Shown piece by piece: positions 60,733-64,000 of a stretch of DNA of 64,000 nucleotides (position 1 is the stretch's first letter; each line of letters starts with the position of its first letter). The translations under genes were made by a program, and so were the position numbers. This DNA is from Octopus vulgaris (Eukaryota), in contig OX597820.1 in assembly GCA_951406725.2 (NCBI GenBank), positions 87,544,001-87,608,000 on the forward strand, in the 5' to 3' direction. The notes under the pieces were generated by a model. It ran no database searches and was not told the origin of the DNA. It saw nothing but the letters and a program-made list of their open reading frames with translations.

Positions 60733-62709
60733 TTAAGATTTGTTTAATGTTGCAGGATTAACTTTGAGCAAGTGTCTTCTATAACCTCAGACCAACCAAA
60801 GCTTTGTGAATGAATTTGATTGGTTGAAAATAAAAACAAGCCCATTGAACATTCATGTATGTGTGCATGCTTCTGTCAACTTGTGTTAACTTCGTATATG
60901 CTAACTGTAAACAATCGTCATCATCTTTATCAACATACAAGTGGTGCTGTTTTCTTGCAATCTCCCAAGAAAACCTGTCTGAATGAGAAGAAAATATTAC
61001 ATTGGTTGGTGACTGGATGAGTGTCTGGTTTTTGAAAATCAACCTCTATGAATCCTTCTGACCTATGCCAGGAATAGGAGTTCATTTATACTGACAGTTT
61101 CATATTTCTCTAACATATACTTTCAGACTCTTACTGGTTCTGAGTATTATTAGTTTTCCTGAGTATATTAAGTTGAGCTTATCCTTTGTCCAGATTGACT
61201 GCACAAACATATATTATGAAATTGTATGGATAGAATTGTAGAAAATTAACCAAGAAGTTTATGGTTCAAATCTTGTATCTGCCATAGTATCTGAGTCACT
61301 TTACACACAAATTACCTAATCTGCACAGACATGACAGAAGTAAATAGACACCCATTTCTTCCATGGTCTTCATGTGGCTGAATAATACATTGTCAATAAA
61401 TGTGATATTATTATGGTTTTCTGTTAAATATATACTCAATGTATGCTTAATATGTATTATTACCCTTCATTTTCTGGAAAAAATGTCTAGATGGGCTATT
61501 TACATTCAAAAGCTATTAGTATGCTTCACCCAAAAACTGAAGAATCTGAAATAAAAAAGGACATTACACAGAATAATGAAAACCTAGCAATTATGTTGCC
61601 ATACTGTACAAACCAGCTGTGGAAAAGTTTTATCAAAATCGATTCCCAGAAAACTGAGAAATTTTAAACTTCATTCCAAAGCATTTAGCATGGTTCTGGG
61701 TGTATACTGAGTCTAAATCCCTGTTCAAAGATGTGGGTATGAACTCCAGCATGTGGATGCAGTCAGAATGTCTACTGTGCCCCTTCCTGCTGGCCATGGT
61801 TTTGTAGTCTCAGTTGCAGCTGTCCATCTTACAGTTTTTGCAGTATTCATAGAGCATTGAGTAGTAATCATGGTGTTGGCATTTTGACACCCAGTGCAAA
61901 TCATCATAATACATGTAGCTCTTTTCCAATATTCAGGTGGCTTCTAGCCTTCCATGTCAGCTAACTTTTTCTAAACTACAGCTTTAATTTTTATGCTCTC
62001 CAACACTAATTATTCACCAATGCATCAAGCTGTTCCTGAGTAAAGGGGACATGAAAAAAAGGGTCAAATTCAGCCCAAACACCTTGTACCTGTATTGTAA
62101 ATAGTATGACATCTTAGGTACAACTTGCTGCTGTAAATAGTATTGCATGGGAAATAGAATTTGCTGTTTTATTTCATGTCAACACTATTTTTGACGAGTG
62201 CTTTGTTGGTTTACGGTATTCACTTCAACTCTGTGATAACAGCTTAAAGAGATTTGATTCTTATAAATTGATAGTCTCCAATGAATTAATAGTATTAGTG
62301 GACTGCCAGACAAGCATCTTATAGTATTTACTTTTATTCTTCGGCATTAGTAGTACAAATCCCACTGTGTTGACTTAGCCATTCAGTCATCTAGGACTTA
62401 TGAGCGCCAGTAACATACAGTATTGATGCCATTTTCAACATTCTCTCCTTTGAACCAGTAAGGGAACCTCTATACAGTTGCTTGCTCAACCTGTTAGAAA
62501 TAGCAGCCTAACCTCTCTAAACTCACTCCCTACTTTCTTTGAAAGAGCACTTTAGATAATGTACTCCAAGATAGACTAAAATGATGGGTTGTTCATTAGC
62601 TGTTGGTCAACTTTGGTCCAGTTGACCTATGATCCAATGCGTTCTAGCTATGACTTAGTCTTTTTAAGAATATCTTGGACTACACTGTCAAATGTATTAT
62701 TTTTTTAAG

Positions 62710-63610
62710 AACAGATGATTACACTGGTATGGTCATGTGATGTATATGGACAAATACAGCTGTATAAAAAAAAAGTGCCGATCTGTAACTGTGGAGGGTA
62801 CCTGTGGAAGGGGCAGGCCCAGAAAGATGTGGGAAGGGGCAGGCCCAGAAAGATGTGGGAAGGGGCAGGCCCAGGTAGACGTGGGAAGGGACAGGCCCAG
62901 GTAGACGTGGGAAGGGGCAGGCCCAGGGAGACGTGGGAAGGGGCAGGCCCAGGGAGACGTGGGAAGGGGCAGGCCCAGGGAGACGTGGGAAGGGGCAGGC
63001 TCAGGGAGACAGGCCCAGGAAGACGTGGGACAAGTTGAAGTGTGATCTTCGAACATTTGGCCTCATGGAGGCAATGGCTAGTGACTGAGACCTTTGACGA
63101 TATGCTGTGGTTTAGAAGGCTCGTCAAGCTACGTGAAATCATAGTTGTAGCTGATGCTGGTATCATGTGACTGGCACCAATGCCTGTGGCATGTAAAAAA
63201 CACCCTTTTAATATTGGGCCTCACAGAGGCAATGTGGCTGATGCCGTTGTCACATAGCTAGCACCTGTGTTGGTGGCATGTAAAATGCACTTTTTGAGCA
63301 TTGGGCCTCATGGAGGCAATGACAAATGACTGAAACCTTTGGCAATATGCCATGCTTGAGAAGACCCATCAAGCCAAGTGAAATCATAGTTGTGGCAGAT
63401 ACTGGTGTCATGCAACTGTCACCTGTGCCGGCAACACGTAGAAGCACCCATTACACTCTCAGAGTAGTTGGCATTAGGAAGGGCATCCAGCTGTAGAAAT
63501 CACACCAAATCAAACTGGAGTCTGGTGTAGCCTCTCAGTTTACCAGCTCTGGTCAAACCGTCCAACCCATGCCAGCATGGACAATGGATGTTAAATGATG
63601 ATGATGATGA
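62710..63610 (+). mobile_element. Older RTE LINE 3' portion (related subfamily) with internal minisatellite
   Basis: TACACTGGTATGGTCATGTG (LHWYGHV), GGCATTAGGAAGGGCATCCAGCTGTAGAAA, GTTAAATGATGATGATG tail. Confidence 0.85.
62804..63030 (+). repeat. G-rich 26-bp minisatellite, about 8-9 units (GTGGGAAGGGGCAGGCCCAGGGAGAC)
   Basis: Directly visible tandem array within the RTE C-terminal coding region. Confidence 0.95.
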
Positions 63611-64000
63611 GGATGGAGGGATGCGATTTGAGGGAGATTTGGCTGTTATTTCCTGCTGGTTGAGTGAACACAAGGCTCAGAAAAAAATGCTTAGTTAATG
63701 TACCTGCATATTTCAATCTCTTAAAGTAGGTTAGTTACAGATGTGATGGAAAATATTGGCATCAAAAAGTTATCAAAACAACTAGCTTCAACTGTTGTTG
63801 TTTTTTTTTTTTATATTTTCTTTTACTCTCCCAATTCCTGCCCTCTTGCAGAGGCCTCTGTTAGCAGGCAGCTGGATTTTGCTTAATTGAATGCCAAATA
63901 TTTTTTCATATTTCTTTAGGAATTATAGATGATATAAAGGAAACTTTTTTTTTCATTTAAATCTGATTTTAAAAATACAAAACACCTTTTTGTCTTGATT

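Larger units (their letters stand above)
33424..64000 (+). other. Presumed first coding-region intron (>30 kb, runs off the window)
   Basis: Consensus donor at 33424; no exon continuing with (I/V)RP was recognised downstream by eye; region is TE-rich and mostly CpG-depleted. Confidence 0.55.

Noticed and set aside
61600-62040. Minus-strand frame with few stops (LEKSYMYYDD...YKTMASRKGHSRHSDCIHMLEF), faintly like ribosomal protein L18a
   Set aside because: Similarity is limited to a few residues and the frame has an internal stop; a tBLASTx search would be needed to call a pseudogene or TE relic.

Overview
AT-rich, microsatellite- and transposon-dense animal genomic DNA. The SINE and RTE-LINE families and overall texture point to a coleoid cephalopod, most likely Octopus (inference, not verified). 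I can support only one host coding segment: a 41-nt first coding exon at 33383-33423 (+), MDATQGDAVKVALR followed by a GTAAGT donor. It matches the N-terminus and phase-2 intron position of kinesin-4 KIF21 genes, lies in a CpG-retaining promoter/5'UTR region with stacked uORFs, and is followed by an apparent intron longer than 30 kb. The rest is mobile DNA: RTE LINEs carrying a PHD-type C4HC3 finger inside the RT and mostly sitting in (TA)n tracts; Penelope-like fragments with hammerhead-ribozyme cores, including a head-to-head palindromic pair; an internally deleted CsRn1-type Gypsy element with a triplicated tRNA-Trp PBS; a CRE-clade LINE remnant; mariner, Helitron, piggyBac, Merlin-like, Tigger-like and hAT-like non-autonomous elements; several SINE families; and a 651-bp TGT...ACA foldback with inward-facing CCAAT/TATA boxes. 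Most long ORFs in the track are microsatellite artefacts or antisense frames of TE ORFs. I cannot demonstrate a wholly new system; the strongest candidates are ranked in the findings.
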